From Octopus bimaculoides (taxonomy: Eukaryota): 55,610 nucleotides of DNA. The translations under genes were made by a program, and so were the position numbers. The DNA is taken from positions 41,577,305 to 41,632,914 of the forward strand of contig NC_068999.1 of NCBI RefSeq assembly GCF_001194135.2, written 5' to 3'. This document shows positions 24,629 to 36,585 of the stretch, one piece after another; positions within the stretch are counted from its first letter, which is position 1, and every line of letters starts with the position of its first letter. The notes below the pieces were generated by a model. That model had not been told where the DNA came from. It saw only the letters and a program-made list of their open reading frames with translations, and ran no database searches.

Positions 24629-24810
24629 GACAGAGTCGTTAACACGCCGGGCGAAATGCTTCGCAGTATTTCACTCATATTTACGTTCTGAGTTCAAATT
24701 CCGTCGAAGTCGACCTTGCTTTCACCTTTTCGGGATCGATAAAATAAGTACCAGTTGCGTACTGGGTCGATCTAATCGACTGCCCCCCTCTCCCAAAAGT
24801 TCAGATTTTA
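24629..24810 (+). mobile_element. tRNA-derived SINE family C (Deu/Nin-domain-like core)
   Basis: gagttcaaattcc...gtcgac(c/t)ttgc(c)tttca(t/c)c(c)tttcggg.tcgataaa.taagtaccagtt. Other copies at ~2785-2895, 39217-39425, 39733-39955 (+) and 41797-42022 (-). Confidence 0.7.
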
Positions 24811-25907
24811 TGTTTTCGTACTATATAATCATTTAAACATATTTGTGTGTGTGTGTGTGTGTAGAATATACACGTGTCTGTGTGTATAGAATATATACAC
24901 GTGTGTGTGTGTGTGTGTGTTAAGTATATTATAAGTAATTTTATGTATGTCATGTGTGAGATTGATAGAGTGAAAGAGAAAGTGTGATAGAAAAGGATAC
25001 AACGTTAGGAGAAAAGAAACAAAAAGATAACGAGAAAACAGAGAATACCGAAAGGCTAAGTAATAAGAGCAGTGGTTATGGTTATCATTATGGTGATGGT
25101 GGTGGTTTGCAGCAGTAAGAGATATAGAGTGACGAAGGTAACTCTATCCATGTAAAAAAAAAAAAAAAAAAAAGAAAACCTGACGTAAAACAAACCGTCA
25201 TTAATTATTGTTCAGTTGTGTTCAGTGACAACATTTTCTCTTGTCGTCAACGACAGAAGCCGTATAAATATAAATATATATTGGAGTGTGTTCGTGTTTG
25301 CTGAATATTATGGTATTGAAGCGCCAAGTGGATAACTTATTCACTGGTAAGTTATTTCAATCGCTCGGTATATAAGTGTGTCTTTTTCGGCTTTATTGAA
25401 GAATTGTTAAATCCGTCTTTCAGGACTGAAATCCGTCACTAAGGACTTTCCGACGATCCTTATACGTGAATTTTTAAACCTACTTCTCTGTCTATTTTCA
25501 TTTTTTTTTTTTTATGTTCTAAACATCAGATTCAGAATCCGCAAAATTAATTTTTTTAAATTAATAATTTTCTTTTTTTTATAATTAAAAACAGGTGCGT
25601 GTGTGTATGTATATTGTGCATGTTCGCGCATTTCTGAGTATTCGCGCACATTTCTGTTTGTGCATTTGTCATTGGGTGTGTATGTGTATTTTTTTACATT
25701 GCACTTATATTTGTTTACATGTATCGGTGTGTGTGTGTGTGTGTGTATACATTGCATATGTGTGTACCTGAGTGCATTTTTGTTTGTTTGTGCATATTTG
25801 TTTGTGTTTATTCGGCTATATGAATGCGTGTCCATTTACCAATGTGTGCGCACGTGCATGTTTGTTCATGTAAGTGAATTCCTTTGCAGTCATTTATGAA
25901 CGTGCAT

Positions 25908-25942
<35 letters not shown>

Positions 25943-26709
25943 NNNNNNNNNNNNNNNNNNNNNNNNNNNNNNNNNNNNNNNNNNNNNNNNNNNNNNNNNN
26001 NNNNNNNNNNNNNNNNNNNNNNNNNNNNNNNNNNNNNNNNNNNNNNNNNNNNNNNNNNNNNNNNNNNNNNNNNNNNNNNNNNNNNNNNNNNNNNNNNNNN
26101 NNNNNNNNNNNNNNNNNNNNNNNNNNNNNNNNNNNNNNNNNNNNNNNNNNNNNNNNNNNNNNNNNNNNNNNNNNNNNNNNNNNNNNNNNNNNNNNNNNNN
26201 NNNNNNNNNNNNNNNNNGATGTCGTAATCTACACCGTCTGAAAGTTATGAGGAAACAAAGTCGGCTCGCGTGAATTATCCGAAACTTCTCCCTTCTCCCC
26301 GCCCCTCTGAAAACATATTTCACAACAGATTCTGATATAATCGGAATCGACACTATGTAAAAAGTATTGGTATAAATGTTCATCAAAAAATACTCGTTTT
26401 TGTGAAAGTTATGAGGAAACAAAGTCGAAGTGGGGTTACACCTACACTCGTGCCGAAATTATAAGGGGTGATGGTTGGGTTAATGATATCAAGAAATAAA
26501 GGACTAAGCGGGGTTTGTTATATGGTAATAGAACGAATTTGGTTATTAAAAATATACACATTTTTATATTCATTTTTTTTTCTTATAGTAAATGTTTAAA
26601 ATACATTTTTTTTCAAAAATGAAGGTCGGTTCAGGACATGAATGGTGGAGTTACGCCCCTTTAGGTTCGTAAAGGAATCTGGCAACAGTTATCTAGTTCA
26701 AAAAAGTTG

Positions 26710-27210
<501 letters not shown>

Positions 27211-27227
27211 ATGTGAATGAATTCTCT

Positions 27228-27425
27228 CTCTACTCTTTTACTTGTTTCAGTCATTTGACTGCGGCCATGCTGGAGCACTGCCTTTAGTCGAGCAAACTGA
27301 CTCCAGGACTTATTCTTTGTAAGCCTAGTACTTATTCTATCAGTTGCTTTTGCCGAACCGCTAAGTTACAAGGACATAAACACACCAGCATCGGTTGTCA
27401 AGTGATGCTGGGGAGACAAACACAG
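27228..27425 (-). mobile_element. SINE tail module B
   Basis: Matches the B consensus in reverse. Confidence 0.75.
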
Positions 27426-27454
27426 ACACACAAACATATACACACACATACAGC

Positions 27455-27642
27455 ATACTCTATGGAGTGGTTGGCATCAGGAAATGTATCCAGCCATAGA
27501 AACGAAGCCAAAACAGACTGGAGCATGGTGCAGCTCTTTGGCTAACCAGTTTCAGTCAGACCAAGTAACCCATGCCAGCATGGAAAACAGATGCTAAATA
27601 ATGATGATGATGATGATGATGATGATGATGGTGACGATGACA

Positions 27643-27673
<31 letters not shown>

Positions 27674-27787
27674 CGATGATGATGATGATAACGATGATGA
27701 TGATGACAATGACAATGACGACGGTTATGATGATGATAATGATGATGATGACAATGATGATGATGATGATGATGATGATGACAATGA
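27455..27787 (+). mobile_element. RTE-like retroposon end (E1) with an expanded ~190-bp (GAT)n tail
   Basis: gagtggttggcatcaggaaatgtatccagcc...catgccagcatggaaaac then GAT/GAC/AAT triplets. Confidence 0.65.
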
Positions 27788-28730
27788 TCTATGAATTCCA
27801 TTCTGAAATAAGTTAAGGAATAGCTATCTCAGTGTTGTCCAATCTGTTGCCCAGCATTTTGTTCCAGTTCTTCTGTAAAAAGAGTTCTTCCTGTCAGACT
27901 GATGCAGAAGTCCTGACAATTTCACCTGCATTGGGCTTAAATTAGCAAATTCTAGAATAGTTCCTTTTTGTTTTGTTTTTCGATTATAATTATAGAATAC
28001 CTGAACTTGAGAAGAAACCTTAGAGTTGACCTATTTTGTGACAAAAAAAAATTTTTCTTTCTATCATTTGGGGTTTAGCAATCTGTGTCAAATACTTCTT
28101 AATTACCATATTGCTAATGAAGTAATCTAATTAAAACTACTCCTTTAACAACATTCTAATGCTTGGTTCTGGTGTAAACAAAAATGACATTGTTACATGT
28201 TATTTATTTTTTTATTGTTATTTGAATTTAAATTGTTTGTTTCAATTTAGGAACAAGGACAGTAGTTTTAAGGGGAGGGCATTAATCAGTACCATTGACC
28301 CCAGTATTTGACTGGTACTTTATTTTATTGCAGAGTTAGTGTGCTAAGCGGTGATAGGTAAACATGTAATGTAAATATCAGCTCAAATATGCCAAGAACA
28401 TGTTTAGACTTGTTAACATGCAATGGATTTGTCTACAAGTCCAAACATGCTCTTAGAATATTCAAACTGATATTTGTATTGCATTTTTATTTTATTACTC
28501 TGAAAAGAATGGAAAAAAAAAAAAGAAAAACACAAAGGCTGCCTCCACAGGATTTGAAACCAGATAGCAAAGAGATAAGTCAGATATCAGAGACTATTTT
28601 TGTCCAGCACTCTCATGATTCTGCCAATTTGTCATCTGTATTCCAATTGAAAATAATATTTTAAAAAACAGTATTTCTTCTATGTCAGGATTTATTATGG
28701 CAGAAATTTAAAATTTGGTGAGGTGACATA

Positions 28731-28896
28731 TAGGCACAGGAGTGGCTGTGTGGTAAGTAGCTTGCTTATCAACCACATGATTCCGGGTTCATTCTCATTG
28801 CGTGACACCTTGGGCAAGTGTCTTCTACTATAGCCTTAGGCCAACTAAAGCCTTGTGAGTGGATTTGGTAGACGGAAACTGAAAGAAGCCTGTCAT
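28731..28896 (+). mobile_element. SINE module A
   Basis: Matches the consensus. Further A copies at ~30030-30206, 33921-34082, 38078-38235, 47872-48008 (+) and 44828-44978 (-). Confidence 0.8.
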
Positions 28897-30207
28897 ATAT
28901 ATGTATGTATATATATATGTATGTGTGTGTATATGTTTGTTTGTATTTGTCTTTGGTGCTTCTGTAAGTTTGTCTTTTTTTCTAAGTTGATCATTGTCCC
29001 TATGCAAACCCATTTTTACTTCTGAGAAGAGGTTGTCCATATAAGTCTGGCTTCTATCCTTTGACCTGTCCAGCATGAGAGGCCCTATCAGAACCTTGCA
29101 CCCTACTGGCATAACTCTCTCGGGGTCATTGAGGCATGCAAGCCATCATATCACAAAAAGGACTTGACCTTGTAGTGGTTGCAACAAAGTGGACTCCATT
29201 TAATGCACCAAGGGACTGGGTGGTGGTTTGAAACTGTGTCTGGGAAAAAGTACTGAACAATCACAGCTTTAATTGCCTCTGATCTTTTCTCTGCTTGGTG
29301 AAGACTAACTTAGGGCTAAACAATCAAACTGATACAAACTTCATCAATGCTTACCAAAGGGTATAAAAATAAAATATGGGTGAAAAAAAAATGAAAAAAA
29401 TGGTGTTTCTCAAATGAAGTCCCATGTGGTATTTGTTCTGCACCAAGATACAGATACACCTTTTTCAGTGATGCCATCAGAAATGCTGTGAACCAGTGTC
29501 TGGCTCATTGGGAACCTGTACCAAACAATGGATATTGTTCACCAATTGGTGATATAAAATTAATTAATAATTTAATTAAATAGACGCAGGTTTATTTGTT
29601 GAGGATGTAATCAGAGTTATTAGAACATTAGATGGTTTAAACGAGATACAGTAAAAGAAAACAGAGTATGAATTAATTATCATTTTACAAGTCTCTTACT
29701 GCAATTAATGAAGAGAATACAAATGAAAAATTAATTGACTTGAGGAATAGAAAATGTCAATATTAGAATTTCTAAAAAAAAAAAAACGCATGAAAAAAAA
29801 TATTTAAAAAAACCCCCCAAACATTATGAGTCTAAAACAAGCATGATTACCATTTCATTCTCTAGGCTATTTATTTGCTTAATCTTTTAAGGTGAAACAT
29901 TTTCCTTCTAAAGTACATTGTTATTGGTTTGGTCTCTGATTGACATTAAGTCTTTTATTCCAAAAGATGTGTTAATAGTTTCAGGGTGGATCTTGATATT
30001 TAGACATTTCATTTTTGCAGAATGTGATGCCGTAGACATGGCTATATGGTTAAGAAGTTTAATTTAAAACCATCTGGTTTTGAATTCCGCCCCACTGCCA
30101 TGCACCATTGACAAGCGTCTTCTGTATTTTGTACAATAGTCTTGAACTGACTGATCCTTTGTAAATGAAATTTAAAAAACGGAAACTGTACAGAAGCTTG
30201 TCATATA

Positions 30208-30788
30208 CAAAAAGTATCTGACTTTATTTTTTCACCAACACGCCCCACATGCACAAATCCTCCATTAAAATGGAAATCACTGATCCTGTGCTTATTCCTA
30301 CTTCATGAGCAATTTCCTAGATTCTTACACAATGGGTCTTCCATAACAACTTGCCCAACATTCTCAATTGGCTCTTCAGCTTGTGGATGTTCTACCTGAG
30401 CTTGCCTCAGTTGCCACTGAGGTGTGGCCATGTTTGAAGCAGTTGTACCACTCTTTGATCTGAGTTTTGCCCATGCCACCATCACCGAAAGCCTGCTGAA
30501 TCTTCTGGAAGGTTTGAACTTGGGTATCACTCAGTTTTTGGCAAAACTTGATGCAATATTTCTGCTTAATACGTTTGGTCATCTAGCATGAAAATGCAAA
30601 TCTGACAAGTGTGCACTATGCGCCTGTACTCTAGGCATGACATCCAGGAACTGATGTGACCTACCAGTGCAAAACTTTTCATGCATATGCAGGAAGAGTA
30701 GTGCTATCTCCCGCCCAAAGGATTTTGTCCATGTGACACTAGTTTTGGTGGGGAAAAATAAAGTCAAATACTTTTTGAATGCACCTTA
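30208..30788 (-). mobile_element. Internally deleted mariner (Tc1/mariner) element retaining the N-terminal HTH of the transposase
   Basis: ORF 30376-30582 (QKYCIKFCQKL...QQAFGD..MGKTQIKEWYNCFKHGHTSV.....SGRTSTS) matches the mariner N-terminus; TIRs caaaaagtat.tgactttattttt at 30208 and ~30747-30788; TA at 30789-30790. Confidence 0.85.
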
Positions 30789-31385
30789 TATGTATATGTG
30801 TGTGTGTGTGTGTCTGTCCATTTCTTTCTAAGGCTGTGAGTTAAAAAATCTGCTTCCCATCTATATGGTTTTGAGTTTGATCCCATTATGTGGCACTTGG
30901 GCATGTGTCAGGCTACAAATGAGGAGCAGTGGTTATGATAGCATTACATGAGGAGACAGCAGTGCATGTCTGTGTGCCAGAAGATGAATTGCATTGGCGA
31001 GCAACTTCATACCATAAATGTATCGCTAAGACATTCCGAATGGCTTCATAATGAAAGCGGATATTTCTCTAGAGTAAATAAATGTTGGATTAATGAGAAC
31101 GTAAACAGTTTTAAAACCATTAAACAGTTTAAACAAGATATGGTATGGGAAAATATAGTAAGAGATAATAATGATATGAGAACATTATGAAAATCAATGC
31201 TTGACTGGAAATAACATCATAAACATAGTAAATAAAATGGGAAAAAGATGTAACATATATCATAAACAAAGTAAATAAAATATCAAAAAGAAAATGACAA
31301 AGTTAAAAATGCTACCACCATTCATGCTTAAAGAAAATATACTATACATTGAAGTCACCCTCTATGATATACACACACACACACA

Positions 31386-31419
<34 letters not shown>

Positions 31420-31422
<3 letters not shown>

Positions 31423-31748
31423 TTTTATTTGTTTCAGCCATTTGACTGAAGCCATGCTGGAGCACCGCCTTTAGTTGCTGAGCCGCTAGGTTACGGGGGA
31501 CGTAAACACACCAGCATCGGTTGTCAAGCGATGGTGGGGGGGACAAACACAAACATACACACACACACACATGTATATATAAATATACAATGAGCTTCTT
31601 TCAGTTTCCATCTTACCAAATCCACTCACAAGGCTTTGGTCGGCCCAAGACTATAGTAGAAAATACTTGCCCAAAGTGCCACACAGTGGGACTGAACCCA
31701 GAACCATGTGGTTGGTAAGCAAGCAACTTACCACACAGCCACTCCTGT
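31420..31748 (-). mobile_element. Composite SINE A+B with an internal deletion in B
   Basis: Reverse complement of 34337-34729. Confidence 0.75.
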
Positions 31749-31774
31749 ATATGTATATGTATATCGTTATATAT

Positions 31775-31963
31775 AATTGTTGGCGATTTTCTTTCTCCGT
31801 CTTCCCTTCTTTGGACTTTTTCTATATTTCTGATGAAGAGCTCCGCTCGAAACATGAAATCCTCTTCCTTTTCTTTCCTTTCCTGAGCGTCCAATAACAC
31901 AGTACTTGTACCACGTCCTCGCGTTGTTGTTTTTTCTTGCTTGTTCATGTTTGGATTGACTAT
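31775..31963 (+). mobile_element. Family F2 Penelope-like repeat; related copy at ~46025-46150 lacks the ribozyme segment
   Basis: Same layout as F1; shares ctttggactttt...gagc...aataacaca...gactat with 46025-46150. Confidence 0.55.
31826..31860 (+). ncRNA. Degenerate minimal hammerhead-like motif with canonical CUGAUGA core
   Basis: AUUU-CUGAUGA-A-GAGC(ucc)GCUC-GAAAC-AUG-AAAU; core and stems I and II are intact, but the cleavage triplet is damaged. Confidence 0.55.
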
Positions 31964-32274
31964 NNNNNNNNNNNNNNNNNNNNNNNNNNNNNNNNNNNNN
32001 NNNNNNNNNNNNNNNNNNNNNNNNNNNNNNNNNNNNNNNNNNNNNNNNNNNNNNNNNNNNNNNNNNNNNNNNNNNNNNNNNNNNNNNNNNNNNNNNNNNN
32101 NNNNNNNNNNNNNNNNNNNNNNNNNNNNNNNNNNNNNNNNNNNNNNNNNNNNNNNNNNNNNNNNNNNNNNNNNNNNNNNNNNNNNNNNNNNNNNNNNNNN
32201 NNNNNNNNNNNNNNNNNNNNNNNNNNNNNNNNNNNNNNNNNNNNNNNNNNNNNNNNNNNNNNNNNNNTATATAT

Positions 32275-32313
<39 letters not shown>

Positions 32314-32564
32314 TAGATACACACATATACACACACATATATACATACATATATATATGTATCTACATATAGATTTACTTACATATATATATAAATATTT
32401 ATATATACACATATATATATATATATACACACACACATATATATACAAACATATTTAGTGTCAATTAATGCATATGTGTGTATGTATATATATATCTATA
32501 TATACATACATACATACATACACATAGATAGATATTGATATGAAACACAGGAATATATTTAAGC

Positions 32565-32608
<44 letters not shown>

Positions 32609-32804
32609 TGAATACTATATCGGCAAATAAAAATTACATCCATTTAATGGCGATGAACAAAGGATAAAGAACAAGAAAAACAAAAAAACACTCAAATTCT
32701 ACCAAATTCTACAACATTTTATGATAAAAACACAAATAAACGTCTTTTATACAAATTCAAATTTTTATCCAACTTGGAATGCTACCAATTTCCTCCATAA
32801 GCTG

Positions 32805-32851
<47 letters not shown>

Positions 32852-32855
32852 CCTA

Positions 32856-33292
32856 AGGCGGCGAGCTGGCAGAAACGTTAGCACGCNNNNNNNNNNNNNN
32901 NNNNNNNNNNNNNNNNTCTGAGTTCAAATTCCTCCGAGGTCGACTTTGCCTTTCATCCTTTCGGGGTCGATAAATTAAGTACCAGTTACACACTGGGGTC
33001 GATGTAATCGACTTAATCCGTTCGTCTGTCCTTGTTTGTCCCCTCTATGTTTAGCCCCTTGTGGGCAATAACGAAATAGGTATTTCGTCTGCCGCTACGT
33101 TCTGAGTTCAAATTACGCCGAGGTCGACTTTGCCTTTCATCCTTTCGGGGTCGATTAAATAAGTACCAGTTACGCACTGGGGTTGGTATTATCGACTTAA
33201 TCCGTTTGTCTGTCCTTGTTTGTCCCCTCTGTGTGTAGTCCCCTCTGTGTGTAGTCCCCTCTGTGTGTAGCCCCTTGTGGGTAGTAAAGGAA
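32856..33292 (+). mobile_element. Head-to-tail dimer of SINE family C
   Basis: Full copy at 32856-33074 followed directly by a 5'-truncated copy at ~33076-33292; CpGs are well preserved. Confidence 0.75.
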
Positions 33293-33408
33293 TAACACAT
33301 AAATCCTCTTTTTTATGTTTAAAAGACATAGAAATCTACCGTTAGTTAATTCCTGCCCCACTTCACGATGTAATCAGATGTTAACACTAACTGCTAACAA
33401 TATGTCTA

Positions 33409-33429
33409 GGGGCGGGGGGGGTATATAAA
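33409..33429 (+). promoter_or_regulatory. Candidate promoter: GC box immediately followed by a TATA box
   Basis: GGGGCGGGG at 33409-33417 and TATATAAA at 33422-33429, ~1.4 kb upstream of the first coding exon. Confidence 0.35.
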
Positions 33430-34336
33430 TTATTTATTTATTCATCTCGAGACTGGAACTGATATGCGTGGGGACGAAGCTATGCAAACCATTACCGTTA
33501 AGTGGTCCAAGGAGGAAAACGGAACCACCTACATCAAAGTACAAGTAGCCAAGGTGTTTAGTACCATTGTTGAGATGCTGTATTAGTGCACACAAAGCAC
33601 GCAGTGACAAACAGCTCCGTCGATATTGTCAACCACTCTCTGTCTCTCCTTTAATCATTCATTACATAATTAATACTAAATATTGTTGTTGTTGTTATTT
33701 ATCGTTATATGTCATGAGTGGTTCTTTGTTGAGATGAATATTATGCCATTAATAACGCACAAATTAAGTCAGTTAACATTACCGCCATGACCACCACCAC
33801 CACCATTGCCACTCCGATATAGCGCTAATTAAACTAATAGCTCTAACTGGGCTTTATGATTAGCTAAACAAAAACAAAAACAAAAATAAAAACAAAAATA
33901 AAATAAGACATTGTATAGTTGCAGGTGTGGCTGTGTGGTTAAGACGTTTGCTTTGCAACCAAGTGACTTCAGGTTCATTCCCACAATGAGACATCTTCAT
34001 GTAAATGCCTTCTACTATTACCGCAGGCCAACTGCTGCAACTTAAATGAATTTAGTAGATGGAAACTGTGTGGAAACCTGTTGTTTGTATTTGTGTATGT
34101 ATATGTGTGTATCATCATCATCATCATCGTTTTAACATTCATTTCCCTATGTTTGCATAGGTCTGATGGAAGTTGTTGAGGCAGATTTTCTGATTTTCTG
34201 TGTGTGTGTGTGTGTGTGTTTATATACATACATATGTACACACACACAGAGACACTCTCTTTCCTCCTCCTCTTCCTCTGTCTCTATGGTTCTTTCTCTC
34301 TTTCTTTCAGGAAATTTCATAAAACGTCAACATATA

Positions 34337-34729
34337 GGCGCAGGAGTGACTGTGTGGTAAGTAGCTTGCTTACCAACCACATGGTTCTGGGTTCAGTCCC
34401 ACTGTGTGGCACCTTGAGCAAGTGCCTTCTACTATATAGCCTCAGGCCAACCAAAGCCTTGTGAGTGGATTTGGTAGAGGGAAACTGAAAGAAGCCTTTC
34501 ACATGTATATACATGTGTTTGTGTATCTGTGTTTGTCGCCCCACCATCGCTTGACAACTGATGCTGGTGTGTTTACGTCCCTGTAACTTTGCGGTTTGGC
34601 AAAACAGAACAATAGAATAAGCACTAGGCTTACAAAGAAATAAGTCCCGGGTTCAATTTGTTCGACTAAAAAGGCAGTGCTCCAGCATGGCCACAGTCAA
34701 ATGACTGAAACAAATAAATGAATAAAAGA
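34337..34729 (+). mobile_element. Full-length composite SINE: tRNA-like head + CORE-like body (module A), microsatellite hinge, tail module B
   Basis: A-box TG(A/G)CTGTGTGGTAAG, B-box GGTTCAGTCC, CORE-like accttg(g/a)gcaagt, then (AT/GT) hinge and tail ending gtgctccagcatggcc.cagtcaaatgactgaaac. Confidence 0.8.
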
Positions 34730-34830
34730 CTATATAGAAATACACACACATCTACCAATAACAACCTGTCTTCATTGCATTGAATCTTGTAGAATTTCTG
34801 TATCTGTTTTTTTTCTTCTCTTATTTGCAG

Positions 34831-35001
34831 GGAACATGGCCAGCGAGCAGCCGACACTGGCCAACTTCCACCTGTTTGAAGGGGACTTTGCAGTGGTTGG
34901 TGTCAATGAATTCCGAAAAGAATGGAGACAAATAGCCAAAGGTAACATGAGGCACAACACATTCCTGGAGGGAATGTTACTGAAAAGTGTCGAAGCGCGA
35001 C
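34831..35001 (+). CDS. First visible coding exon of an uncharacterised 225-aa protein (ATG at 34836; MASEQPTLANFHLFEGDFAVVGVNEFRKEWRQIAKGNMRHNTFLEGMLLKSVEAR)
   Basis: Polypyrimidine acceptor ttttcttctcttatttgcag|; ATG in good context (aacATGg); open frame to a consensus phase-1 donor gcgac|gtaagt at 35001/35002; phase matches the next exon. Confidence 0.8.
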
Positions 35002-35222
35002 GTAAGTTGCAGCATTCTTTTNNNNNNNNNNNNNNNNNNNNNNNNNNNNNNNNNNNNNNNNNNNNNNNNNNNNNNNNNNNNNNNNNNNNNNNNNNNNNNN
35101 NNNNNNNNNNNNNNNNNNNNNNNNNNNNNNNNNNNNNNNNNNNNNNNNNNNNNNNNNNNNNNNNNNNNNNNNNNNNNNNNNNNNNNNNNNNNNNNNNNNN
35201 NNNNNNNNNNNNNNNNNNNNNN

Positions 35223-35358
35223 GCTGGTTGGCTGGCTGGCTGGCTGGATGGATGGATGGATGGATGGATGGATGGATGGATGGCTGGTTAGCTGGTTGGC
35301 TGGCTGGCTGGCTGGCTGGCTGGCTCCCTGGTTGGTTGGTTGGTTGGTTGGTTGGTTA
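35223..35358. repeat. Compound tetranucleotide array (TGGC/TGGA/TGGT)n
   Basis: Direct reading. Confidence 0.9.
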
Positions 35359-35720
35359 CAGGAGGAGAAGGTGAAAAAGAAGGGAAAGTGAAGATGAAAA
35401 TAAAGGAGGCGGAAGGAAAGGGAAAAGGGAGAGGTGCTGATGAGGTGGAGGAGGTAAGTGAAAGAAATGAGAGAGGAAGACAGGAAGAAGAATAGTAGGA
35501 GGAGAGAGAGAGAGAGAGAGAGTGGTGGGGGTGTGATTCTTGATTTATTTTGAGAGGTCAAATGAAGTGTAAAAGGTTAAGAGGGAATCACAGCAATTAT
35601 TTGTGGCCTTGTGCACTGGACCGTAAAATATAGAACAGAAAAATCAAATAAATAGATTATGTGGGAGGGTGTGAAGTTAATTGATACGGTTGAATGGATA
35701 AAATGATGGGCTGTTGGTTT

Positions 35721-35911
35721 CACCCTTTAGCATTCAGTTTTAATCTGTCAAATGTAATATCCAACTTGGTTCCATATTTCAATGATGTGATTGTTTATTT
35801 TTAGAATGACATTGTAGGTCAGGTGCAAGGGGCCAGATCTGGTCAGTTTGAAAACAAAATCAAGTGGAATATTTTGGCCAGGTGCGGCCGGTTTAAATAT
35901 GAAAGGATTAA
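35721..35911. mobile_element. piggyBac-like MITE (TTAA-CCCT type ends); second copy at 49139-49353
   Basis: The copies share gattgtt(t)atttttagaatgacatt.tagg and aatatt.tggccag...gtttaaat; left end CCCTTTAGCATT, right end of the second copy TAAAGGGTTAA. Confidence 0.55.
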
Positions 35912-36553
35912 AGGTGTTCTGAGTTGTGCGTATGTTTATGCATGTGTATATGTGTCTGTGTTTGTTCCCACCACCACCACTGCTTGACAACCAGTGTTGG
36001 TGTGTTTATGTCCCTTTAACTTAGCAGTTTGGTAAAAGAGATGAATAGTACCTGGCTTAAAAGATAAGTACTGGAGTCGGTGCAATGAAACATGTTGCTA
36101 TGTGTACATACAGTTAGGCATTTGTTATTTTTCTTGTTGTTGTTGTTTTTGCTTATCCCTATTATATTACCTACTCTTACTACTACCCTTGCAACTCCCA
36201 CACTACTGCCATATAATTGCTGAAGAATCTCTTCTCGTGTTGCAGTATATGTGTTTTGCATCTGTTAACATCGATTTGCATGTGACTGCACTCTGTAATC
36301 TGATATAGCGATATGCATGTGCATGCTTCTGAGCATGCAACGAAGTGGAGCAAATGTGTGTGTGTGTGTTTGTGTGTGTGTGTTCGTGTGTATGTGTGGT
36401 GATAGTGTTTTTTATGCATTTCACGCTGGGACACATAAGTGTGTGTGCATGTGTTTGCATGCTTGTGTGTACATATGTGAAAGTGGTGGTATACATGTAT
36501 GTATGCATTTCACAGCTGGAACATAAATATGCATGCATTTGTGTGTGTGTGTA

Positions 36554-36585
<32 letters not shown>

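Noticed and set aside
27556-27816. Poly-His, poly-Asp and poly-Met ORFs
   Set aside because: They are the expanded (GAT)n tail of a retroposon and have no splice support.
29401-29583. Open frame WCFSNEVPCGICSAPRYRY...
   Set aside because: No ATG, no convincing splice sites and no recognisable homology.
34337-34410. tRNA gene (A and B boxes present)
   Set aside because: No convincing cloverleaf, and it continues into a SINE body present in many copies.
34941-34947. Earlier donor aaag|gtaaca for exon 1, and downstream acceptor catag| at 48209 for exon 2
   Set aside because: Both are frame-compatible but weaker than gtaagt at 35002 and ttccag at 48191, and they would delete the GMLLKSV and LFPYI segments that parallel the C-terminal repeat. 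Minor alternative use is not excluded.
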